A stretch of DNA of 64,000 nt from Octopus sinensis. Its lineage: Eukaryota. The notes under the pieces were generated by a model. It was not told the DNA's origin, did not search any database, and saw only the letters and a list, made by a program, of their open reading frames with translations. Position 1 is the stretch's first letter. Each line of letters starts with the position of its first letter. Both the position numbers and the translations under genes were made by a program. Of the stretch, positions 38,856 to 51,445 are shown in pieces. The DNA is taken from assembly GCF_006345805.1 (NCBI RefSeq), contig NC_043005.1, positions 27,652,001-27,716,000 on the forward strand. The letters run 5' to 3'.

Positions 38856-39184
38856 TGCATGTGTGTGTGTTTGTTCATCTATGTCTTGAAATCACATGAC
38901 ATGTAAATGCACATCATCATCATCATACAAGTGATGTCCTTTGATATCAATCTTCCATAAAAACATGTCTGGCCATGAGAAATGTTGCCTGACTTGGAAG
39001 CAGTTGAGGGTTGGTGACAGGAAGAGCATCTGGCTGTAGAAAATTCTGCCTTAGTAAATTCCATCTGACCCATGCGAGCATGGAAAAGTGGACGTTAAAA
39101 CAATGATGATGATGATATATTTTAATACAACACTATGTCCAGTTCCACATAAATGTTATTAACTCTGTCTTATGGTAATTCCAG

Positions 39185-39268
39185 AGCTATTTCTATAGCG
39201 ATGACAACTTCAATTTCAACTATGCCCAGGCCAAAGCTGCCAATGGAAATTTCAAAGATGCTGAAGAG
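39185..39268 (+). CDS. TTC26: TTC26/IFT56 exon 13
   Basis: tccag|...|gttggt; SYFYSDDNFNFNYAQAKAANGNFKDAEE. Confidence 0.96.
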
Positions 39269-39962
39269 GTTGGTACTTTCCATCCATATTACCCTTATGT
39301 TGCTTTTATATTCTGCAGCCCCTAACATCATTTCCCCAACCCCTCAGACATATAAAGCTACCTAAATGTTACTGGTGTTTGTGAGGAGGGTATTGGTGAT
39401 TGTGTGGTTATGGTGCCTTCAGACTAGACTGTGGCTGCCAGATTTCTACAAATGTCTGAAAGGTTTTTTTAGGAATGTCCCACTCCTTAGTGCTAGTGGG
39501 TGATTGGAAGGGCATTTTGGATGCATGCAGGGACTGTCTGGGGGGGGGGGCACCTAATAGGTGAAGGGATGCAAAAGCCTTGCAAACCAGCTCAGATGCT
39601 TCCAACTGTCTGACTGGTACCAACTGGATTTCCTGGACAGGCCAGTGTGGACATGGCCAAACCACATCAAATCATCAAGAGCTTACTTCAAGTAATTTGT
39701 TGGCCAATACACAGAGATAGCACAGGTTTTCCATAATTTAAAATGGCCAGCTACACAGTCCACAGCTTTATTATCTGTACAGTTGACTGAGTTAGGCTTT
39801 ATAAGTAACAATCTGATTACTGCCCCCAGCATAACAGACTTACAGTTTGGATTAGCAAATTAGCTGATGGGGGCAATCACCAACAACAAACGGTGGTTCA
39901 CCCTGAAAAGGGCAATTAGAGTAACATTGATAAGATTTAAGAAAAAAAGAAAAAAACATTAG

Positions 39963-40125
39963 ATATTATTAGATTTATAAGCCCCAAAATTCACTCCATA
40001 ATTGCCCACAGGCATATGGTGTAGTGGTTAAGAGTGCAGGCTACTAACCCCAAGATTCCGAGTTTGATTCCAGGCAATGACCTGAATAAGAATAATAATA
40101 AGAAGAAGAACAACAACAACAACAT
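39963..40125 (+). mobile_element. Family-1 element half, truncated before the HHR
   Basis: 45-bp leader + tRNA-like head (TGGTGTAGTGG ... GAGTTTGATTCC) + (AAT/AAG/AAC)n, then interrupted. Confidence 0.75.
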
Positions 40126-40132
40126 TGATGGT

Positions 40133-40348
40133 CTGATTGCTGATTCACAAATATTATCCATTCCAAGCAAATCTATCCTCAACAGCCTCCATCTCATGTG
40201 ATACATCATAGAGGAAGGGAATAAAGGACCTGGCAAGGGTGGGGCCTTGATTAATTTAGATCAATCAAAAGCTGTCAGTAGGGCCGATGACTAATACTCT
40301 GTAGCTGTTCTCACAGCAACTGGTTTCAGTCCTGTCTTTTGCAGTTAG
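40133..40348 (+). mobile_element. Tx1/L1-like RT fragment
   Basis: LHLM*YIIE...GGALINLDQSKAVSR...VLTATGF. Confidence 0.7.
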
Positions 40349-41060
40349 AATTTCACAATGTGGATTGAGAGAGGAGGATGAGGAGAGGACATTTGCCTTA
40401 GTGATCAGGGAAATTACAGTTTGTTGGGTTCCTATGAGCATACTTCAAAAGTTGCCTCCTTTGGGGAAATTTTTTTCTTGTTTGAATCTTTTTGTTTCTT
40501 TTTTTTGTTGTTGTTATTTTACTGTGTACATGCTTCCATGGGGTTGATAAAATAAGTATCATTCAAGTACTAAGGTTGATGTAATTCACTTCCCCCTCCC
40601 CTCAAAAACTCCTGCCCCTCTGCCAAAATTTGAAACCGTTACTATTTCCCTTTTTATTACATTAAACCTGTTTATTCTTTTATTCTTTTACTTGTTTCAG
40701 TCAGTTGATTGTGGTCATGCTGGAGCACCACCTTAAGCAAACACACACACACATTCTTTGTTTTGTCCTATACTGTTCATAATGATTTTCTTAATGTAAA
40801 CTCCTTGTGGTCAGTAAAGAAATCATTATCATCATCATCATCATCATCATTATTTTAAGGCACCCCGTGCCTTTTGTGGGGTTTTCTACGAGGACCTTAA
40901 AGCACCTCCCCTATTAGGAGTTTAATTTGTTCCATTTTTTTTTGTTATTACATTATATGCACGTGAAAACCCACTGTATCGTCCTGTTGTTGTCTTTTAT
41001 GTTGTTGCATGTCTTTTATTGTTTTATATGTGAGCCCTTGTGGCCAATAAAAGAATTATT

Positions 41061-41091
<31 letters not shown>

Positions 41092-41904
41092 TATTATTAT
41101 TATTATTAAGGTGGTGAGCTGGCACAAATGCTTAGCAGTATTTTACCCGTCACTACGTTCTGAGTTCAAATTCCACCGAGGTCAACTTTGCCTTTCATCC
41201 TTTCGGGGTTGATAAATTAAGTACCAGTGAAACACTGGGGTTGATGTAATCGACTGGTCCCCACCCCACAAATTTGAGGCCTTGTGCCTCCAGCAGAAAG
41301 ATTTATTATTATTATTGTTATCATTATTATTATTATATTATTATTATTGAGTGAGAGAGCAGTGCATGCCATCAAAGTGACACTGGGGGTAAAATATACG
41401 AAGCCCAATATACCCATCATGACTACCCATCTGATAAGGGTACACCAGGCACATGCATCACAACCATATGTGTGCGACATGGTGATCTCATATCAAGATA
41501 AACAGCACATGACCTTGCAGGTGGGGCCCAGTTAGAATTTTCTTCAGGTTGAGTAGCCCATCCCGCTCAAAAGGTCCCTGAATAAGGGTTGTTTAAGGAT
41601 GTTGAAAGAACCACCCATGTTTCCAGAGGTGAATTATTCAAACCCCAAAGAATCCCTCTCAACACATGGCTATGATGCTCCCCCACTACTTCTGCTCCTG
41701 ATCAGAGATGCACATATCGTCAGCCACTAAGGGACATGCTCAACTGGTTAAGGTCAAACAACTGACAAGCAAATCTGTGGTATTGAGCAGAATATTTGCT
41801 GTAACCTATCTTTTATACCAAGACAAAACAATGTACATGATAACACTTCCAATCAGTTAAGATCAGAAGCCATGAGAGCCACTGCCTGGTACTGCATCAG
41901 GGCA

Positions 41905-41947
<43 letters not shown>

Positions 41948-41964
41948 TCTAAATGTCTTTTCAG

Positions 41965-42034
41965 ATTTTCTGTATGATCCAGAGTGAGAAGATAAAGCAT
42001 GACTATGTCTACATCAGTTGGTTGGCCAGATGCT
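41965..42034 (+). CDS. TTC26: TTC26/IFT56 exon 14
   Basis: ttcag|...|gtaaga; IFCMIQSEKIKHDYVYISWLARC. Confidence 0.96.
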
Positions 42035-42254
42035 GTAAGATAATATGCCATATTCTGTGGGCTGGCGGTGGGTGTGGGGGGGGAGGGGTGTCTTTCCAAG
42101 CCCTAAATTCACTTCACTCTTTAAATGTTCTTCACATCTTTGGGGAAGCCATGAACATCACAATCTTCCATTGCTCTTATCTTAAACTATATTAACAGCA
42201 TTTTAAAAAGTGATTTTATGGTTTAAGAATATATGCATATATATATATATATAT

Positions 42255-42680
42255 GATGGCTGCCCCCTTGTTATCGAGTATGGCCATTGCACGAAGCTTA
42301 ACTGTTATTGGTGCTGTGATCGAATGTGACTTTTTAGCCCAGCTAAAGATCTACAATGTCTTGTACAGAATTGGCAGCTAAAACCTTTGCCGGTAATAGC
42401 CGGCTGTAGTTGTAACTGGGCTTCATGTATCTTTGCATGTCGTTTAAGTCCTCCTACCGAATTACACTCTCTTCCATATGCCTGACTGATATGATTAGTA
42501 TGGTGTGTAACACCACCACCAGTGGCCAGGTTGTGACTCATCTGTTTCGCTTTATGACTATGAAGAGGACTCTCGAGTCCAGCTTTACTGAGGCAGGGTC
42601 TTGCAGAGACACTGCATGTCAGCATCATAGGAAGACCCTTTCCACCTGGAAGTGTAACAGCAATGCCCTTCCTGACACCC
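42255..42680 (-). mobile_element. LINE 3' end with two C2H2 zinc fingers (RTE-like)
   Basis: GRECNSVGGLKRHAKIH and FSCQFCTRHCRSLAGLKSHIRSQH*, ending at (TA)n. Confidence 0.7.
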
Positions 42681-42684
42681 TATA

Positions 42685-42872
42685 TGTATACATACATACA
42701 TACATACATACATACATACATACATACATACATACATACATACATACATACATACATACATACATACATACATACATACATACATACATACATACATACA
42801 TACATACATACATACATACATACATGCATGCATACATGCATGCATGCATGCATGCATGCATGCATGCATGTA
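42685..42872. repeat. (ATAC)n followed by (ATGC)n
   Basis: Direct reading. Confidence 0.97.
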
Positions 42873-42995
42873 TGTTGCAAAGGAAAACAAGCACATTAAC
42901 CACACAGCTATGCCTGCATTTTTAGCTCAAACTCCAGAAGTCTTCCAGGCCATTGTCTCAGCTGTTGTTGCAGCATAAGGAAGAATGGACTTGAC

Positions 42996-43270
42996 ACAGT
43001 TCTATATTTAAGAGATGAGGAATTATGTACATTATTTACATTTGACGGATATTGGTCCTCATCTTGTTTGTTGTTAACACAATGTTTCGGCCGATATACC
43101 CTCCAACCTTCATCAGGTGCCTTGGGGAAATTTCGAACCTGGCGTTGTGGTTAATAGCGCAGGCTACTCACCCCAAGATTCTAAGTTCGATTCTAAGCAG
43201 TGACCTAAATAAGAAGAAGAAGAATAACATTGAAAACTACCTTAGGAATGAGAACCCAAATGTACATAAT
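42996..43270. mobile_element. Family-1 palindromic element; the plus half has its HHR deleted
   Basis: Minus copy with intact HHR core; in the plus copy GAGAACCC joins directly to AAATGTACATAAT. Confidence 0.75.
43076..43121 (-). ncRNA. Family-1 hammerhead, core intact, pairing kept by G-U wobbles
   Basis: Minus strand GGCAC-CUGAUGA-A-GGUUG(GAGGGUAUAU)CGGCC-GAA-ACAU-U-GUGUU. Confidence 0.72.
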
Positions 43271-43658
43271 ATATGGGCTTGACAGTTCTTATTTAGGAAA
43301 CTGGGGTCAACTGTCAGTGATGGATTGTACTTTGCCAACAGACATGTTCTCTGTGCAACAGCATCATCTAACCTTATTTTCCCAACATGGATACCTATAT
43401 ATCATCACTTCCAGTGACTCCCAGTGTGTGCATATGTGAATGCATATTCATGTGTAAGAGTGTCCGAGTGTTTGTGCTTGTGAATGAATGTGTATACGAG
43501 TGAACATGTGCAAGTATTTGCACATGTAAGTGTGAATAGATATTAGTATGTGTGTGTGTGTGTGCATAAGCGAGTGGCTACACATGCAAGTGTGAGTGTA
43601 TGTACCTTTCATTATCTACACATGCAAGTGTCTATATGTGTTTATTGTTATTCTGCAG

Positions 43659-43765
43659 ACATTATGAATCACAAACCTCGTAATGCCTGGGAACTCTACC
43701 TGAAGATGGAAACTTCTGGCGAATCTTTCAGTCTCCTACAGCTGATTTCTAATGATTGTTATAAG
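43659..43765 (+). CDS. TTC26: TTC26/IFT56 exon 15
   Basis: tgcag|...|gtgagc; [36 protein letters not shown]. Confidence 0.97.
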
Positions 43766-43916
43766 GTGAGCTATGTTAAAACACACACATTGTGATTTAC
43801 GCATACATCCACACATGCTTCACACACAGATGTATAAACACATACACACACATGCTTTACAGACACACACTCTGTTGTAGGTGGGTATATTTATATTTTT
43901 TTTATACATATATATA

Positions 43917-43954
<38 letters not shown>

Positions 43955-44194
43955 TCATCATCATCATCATCATTTAACGTCCGTTTTCCGCGCTAGCACG
44001 GGTTGGACGGTTTCGACCGGGGTCTGGGGAGCTCGGGACTGCCCCAGGCTCCAGTCTAGTCTGGCAGTGTTTCTACAGCTGGATGCCCTTCCTAACGCCA
44101 ACCACTCCGCGAGTGTAATGGGTGTTTTTTACGTGCCACCTGCACAGGTGCCAGAGGGGTCTGGCATCGGCCACGTTCGGATGGTGCTTTTTAT

Positions 44195-45600
44195 GGGGGG
44201 GTGCAGAAATATAGGGGAGCACCAGTGGGAGGGGTGGTTCAGAGGACAGGTACTAGGCAAGTAGAACGTAGGATATCGAGAGAGGGGTAATGCATGGTGA
44301 AATAGCGTATTGAAGAGGGGGCTTCAAAGAGTAGACACCTATAATGGTGGTGGGGAGGTGCAGAAATATAGGGGAGCACCAGTGGGAGGGGTGGTTCAGA
44401 GGACAGGTTCTAGGCAAGTAGAACGTAGGATATCGAGAGAGGGGTAATGCATGGTGAAATAGCGTATTGAAGAGGGAGCTTCAAAGAGTAGACACCTATA
44501 ATGGTGGTGGGGGGGTGCAGAAATATAGGGGAGCACCAGTGGGAGGGGTGGTTCAGAGGACAGGTTCTAGGCAAGTAGAACGTAGGATATCGAGAGAGGG
44601 GTAATGCATGGTGAAATAGCGTATTGAAGAGGGGGCTTCAAAGAGTAGACACCTATAATGGTGGTGGGGGGGTGCAGAAATATAGGGGAGCACCAGTGGG
44701 AGGGGTGGTTCAGAGGACAGGTTCTAGGCAAGTAGAACGTAGGATATCAAGAGAGGGGTAATGCATGGTGAAATAGCGTATTGAAGAGGGAGCTTCAAAG
44801 AGTAGACACCTATAATGGTGGTGGGGGGGTGCAGAAATATAGGGGAGCACCAGTGGGAGGGGTGGTTCAGAGGACAGGTTCTAGGCAAGTAGAACGTAGG
44901 ATATCGAGAGAGGGGTAATGCATGGTGAAATAGCGTATTGAAGAGGGGGGTTCAAAGAGTAGACACCTATAATGGTGGTGGGGGGGTGCAGAAATATAGG
45001 GGAGCACCAGTGGGAGGGGTGGTTCAGAGGACAGGTTCTAGGCAAGTAGAACGTAGGATATCGAGAGGGGGTAATGCATGTGAAATAGCGTATTGAAGAG
45101 GGGGTTCAAAGAGTAGACACCTATAATGGTGGTGGGGGGGTGCAGAAATATAGGGGAGCACCAGTGGGAGGGGTGGTTCAGAGGACAGTTCTAGGCAAGT
45201 AGAACGTAGGATATCGAGAGAGGGGTAATGCATGGTGAAATAGCGTATTGAAGAGGGGGGTTCAAAGAGTAGACACCTATAATGGTGGTGGGGGGGTGCA
45301 GAAATATAGGGAAGCACCAGTGGGAGGGGTGGTTCAGAGGACAGGTTCTAGGCAAGTAGAACGTAGGATATCGAGAGAGGGGTAATGCATGGTGAAATAG
45401 CGTATTGAAGAGGGGGGTTCAAAGAGTAGACACCTATAATGGTGGTGGGGGGGTGCAGAAATATAGGGGAGCACCAGTGGGAGGGGTGGTTCAGAGGACA
45501 GGTTCTAGGCAAGTAGAACGTAGGATATCGAGAGAGGGGTAATGCATGGTGAAATAACGTATTGAAGAGGGGGGTTCAAAGAGTAGACACCTATAATGGT
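44195..45600 (+). repeat. G-rich 157-bp tandem array, ~9 copies
   Basis: Unit starts at 44201, 44358, 44515, 44672, 44829, 44986, 45140, 45296, 45453. Confidence 0.97.
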
Positions 45601-46169
45601 ATGTATATATATATGATGAAAACAATGAATAGCCTTCGCGTAAAACATTGGTTCGTTTTGTTCTCTTACTTTATTATCATCTTATAATCATCTCATAATA
45701 ATGACCTTTATGACTTGTATTACTACCTCAGTCAATCTAAATGTATATATTTGTCACTACCTGTCATAAATAGCCTTTTTCTATTTGCAATATGCATTTT
45801 CGTTGATTTTTCATATTTTACCCTTACATTTCCACGTGTATTTTATATTTTCTTTTCGTAACATATTTCTACTATATATATATATATATATTTAAACATG
45901 TGTGTGTATGTGTGTAAGTCAGAAAAAAGCACACTGTAAAAGAGAATTTGAGTGATTAAACCTTAATATTGTCAAATAGTATATTCCTAGTTATGGCATA
46001 TAACCGGTCAGAATGTTATCATTAGTGTCATGTCTGTTATTGCACTTGGTAATACTGACAACTCATCAGACATGTTGGCTGGAAGCACTTCACCTTTTCA
46101 ATGCTGAAGGTGAAAATACAATCTTGGTTAGCTTTGTATTAAAAGCAAGAAACTTCCTTATCTTTCCTG

Positions 46170-47510
46170 AAGGGGAAGGAAGAGTTGTCTGCCATATCTG
46201 AGTTCAAGAAATCCCCTGGATTGTGAAATTTCTCAGCTAAGAAAAATTTGCACTATCTGCTTTTATTCAATTCTAGCCCAGGCTGTTTCAGCTGCTTCCA
46301 GTTAATTTTGTAGAGCATCCCTTACTCTTTTAATTGCCATATGTGGTTGATTAATGTTCGATCCTAAAGGAGGACCTGTGATTATTTAACCTGGCCTTAA
46401 AGAAACCTTCCATCACCCCAACATATTTTTGTATGTATGTCCCTCTGTTGTTGTTCTTTTTACTGTTGTTAGACACCACCACTTCTGCTTTTTAGACCAC
46501 AGCCTCATTATTGCATCATCCATTCACTGGTTAATTACTGCTAATGCTACATGTGCATCTTGCTTCTGCACAGGGCTTTGGGGCATTCACTAATATTGTT
46601 TGACATTAGGTGCACAGTTATGACTATTGAATAATCTATATCTATGGCGCTGTATGAAATGCTTATCTAATCTGAGGAGGACCCTTCCCATGCAGGTTTC
46701 AAAGTTAAGTGAAAATGATGGGGCAAACCATAGGACTTTAGTGTCAGGCATATAAGTGATGTAATCCTTAAACTAACTGGCTGCAAAAGAGCCCCTTTGC
46801 AATAAGGGCTACTGCATCAAAAGCATCTTTATTCAAGGATAGATTTGAAATACTCTTACTGAGACCTTTTAAGAGGTGTTTAAAGCCTGTAAGCAGGAGG
46901 CTGTGATGATATACAATAACCTTTCATTAGGTTTGCAGTAACACCTGTATGAACTACTCCACAAATGAAGTATTGCATCTAAGAAATTTACTGCGATAAA
47001 GTTTGTCTTAATGGTAACTTGAAGTCCAAGGGAGTTTAGGATGTGAAGGTCTTTCCTTAGCCTTTCCTTAGCCTGTCCAAAAATGAATCAGGTCTTTCCT
47101 TAGCCTGTCTAAAAATGAATCAGATCTTTCCTTAGCCTGTCTAAAAATGAACCAGGTCTTTCCTTAGCCTGTCTAAAAATGAACCAGGTCTTTCCTTAGA
47201 CTGTCTAAAAATGGCTAAAGTGTTATCCCTATGCAGACCAAATTGGGTTAATTAGAATTTCTTGAGGTGTCAGGTATAAATAATCGTACGTGGTCACTGT
47301 TGAATAATCCCATCACAACATTGAAGGAGCTTCCTGGGTCAGTTTGTTTGACTTAGGATGCTAAACCATTGTCAAACAGCAGGGGTTTTCTGCCATGCAT
47401 TATTATCTCTATATCCCTTTGCTGACATTGATAAATTCCTTAGAAAGATAAGTGCCCTTTTTAGCAATCCTTTGATGTAGGTGAATAAATGTCTATCATA
47501 TCAAATTGGG
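46170..47510 (-). mobile_element. Decayed Penelope-like retroelement (RT + GIY-YIG endonuclease)
   Basis: Minus-strand motifs IIMHGRKPLLFDNG, FNVVMGLFNSD (~47309-47326), FGLHRDNTLAI (~47221-47243), VNFLDAILHL, then VV*KAEV...YVGVMEGFFKARLNNHRSSF and CKFFLAEKFH; many stops. Confidence 0.85.
47061..47213 (+). repeat. 32-bp minisatellite (~5 copies) inside the PLE RT
   Basis: Unit GGTCTTTCCTTAGCCTGTCTAAAAATGAATCA at 47091, 47123, 47155, 47187, plus a partial copy. Confidence 0.9.
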
Positions 47511-47540
47511 TGAACCTAGCTCTCTCCCTCTTTCTTTCTT

Positions 47541-47577
<37 letters not shown>

Positions 47578-48600
47578 GTGCATATATATATATGTATGCA
47601 TGCATACATATATATATGAGTCAAGTACATCAACACAGCATAAAAATCAAATGGAAATTGTAGTTATGATACCCGTGCCGGTGGCACGTAAAAAACACCA
47701 TCCAAATATGGCTGATGCCAGCGCCACCTGACTGGCGTCTGTGTCGGTGACACATAAAAAGCACCAGCCAATCATGGCCATTGCCAGCCTCCTCTGGCCC
47801 CTGTGCTGGTGGCACGTAAAAAGCACCCACTACACACATGGAGTGGTTGGCATTAGGAAGGGCATCCAGCCGTAGAAAGGAAGAGCATCCAGCCGTAGAA
47901 ACACTGCCAGATCAAACTGGAGCCTGGCACAGCCTCCTGGCTTCCCAGACCCTGGTCGAACTGTCCAACCCATGCTAGCATGGAAAACGGATGTTAAATA
48001 ATGATGATGTTTGTGCATACCAAATCCACTTACAAGTTTTTAGTTGGCCCAAGACTATTGTAGAATATACTTGTCTATGGTACCACCAAGTGCTACTGTA
48101 TTTGAAAGTATGAGGTTAACAAATGAACTTCTTGCCTGGACATCCAGGCTTGTGTCAATATATATATATGTATTAAGGCAGTGAGCTGGCAGAAACATTA
48201 GCACACCGGGCCACATCACTTAGTGGTATTTCGTCTGTCTTTATGTTCTGAGTTCAAATTCCGCCAAGGTCAGCTTTGCTTTCATCCTTTCGGGATCAAT
48301 AAATTAAGCACCAGTTGCATACTGGGGTTGATCTAATCGACTAGCCCCCTCCCCAAAAATTTAGGGCCTTGTGCCTAGAGTAGAAAAAAATATATATACA
48401 TGTATTATATAATGTATGTGTGCATATATATATATATATATAAAAACCATGCCAAAACAGACAGAGAGCCTGAAAGGCTCCTGTCAAACCGTCCAACCTA
48501 TGCCAACATGAAAAACAGACGTTAAATGATAATGTTGTTGATGTTGATGATGAATGTGATGAGGTCTTTAATGGTTTCTTTTTGTTTTTTTCTGTGTCAG

Positions 48601-48734
48601 ATGGGTCAGTTTTATTACTCAGCAAAAGCTTTCCATGTCTTGGAGAGACTCGATCCGAACCCAGAATACTGGGAAGGTAAAAGAGGAGCCTGTGTTGGTG
48701 TTTTTCAGCAGATCATTGCAGACAGGGAAGTCAA
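48601..48734 (+). CDS. TTC26: TTC26/IFT56 exon 16
   Basis: gtcag|...|gtgagt; [45 protein letters not shown]. Confidence 0.97.
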
Positions 48735-51333
48735 GTGAGTACCAAACTACCATTTTTCTCTTACCAACTATTCCATTATTGATGTTTCAATATTGGTTTC
48801 AAATTTTGGCACAAAGCCAGAAAGTTTGTGGGGGAGGGGTTACATCAATTACATCAACCCCAGTAAGCAACTGGTACTTTTTTATCAACCCCAAAAGGAT
48901 GAAAGGTAAAGTCAGCCACAGCAGAATTTGAACTCAGGACATCAAAACAGATGAAATGCCGCTAAGCATTTTACCTGACACACTAACAATTCTGCCAGCT
49001 CGCTGCCTTTCTTCGTGTTCTAATATTCTTTTCTTTTCTACTCTAGGCACAAGGCCTGAAATTTTGGGGGAGGGGGCCAGTCGATTAGATCAACCCAAGT
49101 ACAATAAATTAAGTACCAGTGAAACACTGGGGTCAATGTAATCGACTAGTCCCCTCCCACCTTCAGGCATAAAATTTTAGAGGAGGTGAAGTAGTTGATT
49201 AAATATGAACCCAAGAAGGATGAATGGCAAAATTGTCAGCAGATGGATTTGAACTTAGAATGTAAGGTACATAGCTAAATGCTGAAAGGGGTTTTGTCCA
49301 GCACTCTGCCAATTCTGTCAATAAACAAGTCTAAAGATAGTGGGGAAATGTTTGAGTGGATAGAATATTCTTTTCTACTCTAGGCACAAGACCCGAAATA
49401 TTTGGGGAGGGGGCCAGTCAATTAGATCAACCACAGTATGCAACTGGTACTTAATTTATCGACCCTGAAAGGATGAAATACAAAGTTGACCTCGATGGAA
49501 TTTGAACTCAGAACGTAAAGACAGATGAAATACTGCTAAGCATTTCACCAAGCATGCTAACGTTTCTGCCAGCTCACAGCCTTACAAAATATTTATTTCT
49601 TTATTGCCACAGGGGTCTAAACATAGAGGGGACAAACAAGGACGGACAAAGGGATTAAGTTGATTACATCAACCACAGTGCATAACTGGTACTTACTTAA
49701 TCGACCCCGAAAGGATGAATGACAAAGTCAACCTCAGCAGAGTTTGAACTCAGAATGTAATGGCAGACAAAATACCGCTAAGCATTTTGCCCGGCATGAT
49801 AATATTTCTGCTAGCTCGCTTCCCTGAGTGGACAGAATATTGAATTACTACCAATAGTGGTGATGGCCATGTAGGTAGAGTTTATTGGTATACCAACTCA
49901 CAGTTTGTAAGTTCAAATCTGCCTCAAACTTCTGTTCCTATACAGAACATTTTATTCTACCTTTCCTCCGTTTTAGTGATGGGAGGATAAATTACCAGAC
50001 CATCTGGGAAGTTTACCTAAGACAAGCTGATACCCTATCCAGGTGGAATTTTATCTTTTTCCTCTCAGTTTGTGCTATGAATCTCAAATTAAGTATTAAG
50101 TTTTTACATGTTCTATATTAAATGCCTAATATAGTTAAAAGAAAGTCTGGGGACAAATTAACATGTTATTTGTTTGAAATATGGTATAAGAAAAATCCAA
50201 AGGCCAAGTCTTCAGTTACATGACAGTCGTAATAACAATTGTTTCATTATTTTACATACTTGTACAATATGTGTTTATATGAAAGGAAGCTGTGCTGTAA
50301 CTTTTAAATCAGTTGTTTGAACTTTGTGGAAGAATTTTGCTTCATGTAATATGTCAGGAGTGATACAAATGACAAGAGTAAGTCAAATTCTGTGTTGGCC
50401 AAGGGGAGGCGGAGGATATGAATGATAGAGTCTGTAGGATATCAGTTGAGAGGTCAAAGCTCATCATTGGCTTTGTTTTATGTATTTGACCAAGTCCTCC
50501 CAGCTGTAAGCTTATTTTATTACAACTGTAAGTGGAAACCATAGTGAATATCATTTCACTGCTGTAATCAGTATGCAGTGTGTCTAGCAGTAAAAATGGT
50601 AAATTCCATGTACAGGTGAACTGGATGATCAATGACGAATGGGTTTGGTAACTCATTGGTTTGAGTTCAAAACCTTCTCTCAAGAATCTCTGGAAAAAAA
50701 AAAAACTGAATGACTAAATCATCTCTGCTTGACTGACTTTCACTCAATCAGATTTTCTTTTTGTCTTTTAGTCAGGAAGGAAGGCAACAACCATGACCTG
50801 TTACAAAGCCTATAAGAATGGTGGGAGGGAGAGAGAGAGAGAGAAGGAGGAAGGTATTCTCAAAGCAGAGACCTAGGCTGAATACCTGCAACAGAGGGGA
50901 CTCTGCTGGAGGGCAACCATGGTGCCAGGTGCTGGTGTTAAACCGAGTGATGGGTTAAGCCTACCATGGCAGGATTTGAACTCAGACTGCAAAGAGCCTG
51001 AACCAATACCATAAAGCATCTGGCCTGGTGTTCTTACAGTTCTACTAACTCACCACTGCCTTGGATTGGTGCTCTTTTATCAACCCTGGTCTTTGTGGAA
51101 TTTGAACTCAGAGTGCAGATAGAACAAATTACCACAAATTATGCTCTAACAATTCTACCATTCCACCAAATTAAGGTTGGTATAATTAGATTAAGTTTAA
51201 TATTGAGCTTAGATCTGAATGATCCTAGGTACACTACATGGAGCTGAAAGACTTCAATGGATGAGCCAATGACTGAAAAAAAGGGGGCTAAAAGACTCAT
51301 TCTGTTATTAATCAGGCTTTCTTATATTTTCAG

Positions 51334-51445
51334 GGATCGTCTGCAAGAAGTGATACAAATGCTAGGAAACATCAGTAACCCACAGGTAGAGTATATTACA
51401 CGGACAATGAAGAAATGGGCTAAAGAAAGCAAAGTTCAGCTGTAA
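51334..51445 (+). CDS. TTC26: TTC26/IFT56 exon 17 (terminal)
   Basis: ttcag|; DRLQEVIQMLGNISNPQVEYITRTMKKWAKESKVQL*; the 17 exons sum to 1665 nt = 554 aa + stop, with all phases consistent. Confidence 0.96.

Noticed and set aside
41500-41600. HDV-like ribozyme in the 530-bp repeat
   Set aside because: Only a CTAA motif is present; the nested double pseudoknot could not be drawn.
44195-45600. CRISPR array or retrozyme-type HHR tandem
   Set aside because: The units are near-identical with no unique spacers, the context is eukaryotic with no cas genes, and the TTGAAGA...TTCAAAG stretch lacks C3, GAAA and a helix II. The same CRISPR objection applies to the 32-bp repeats at 47061.
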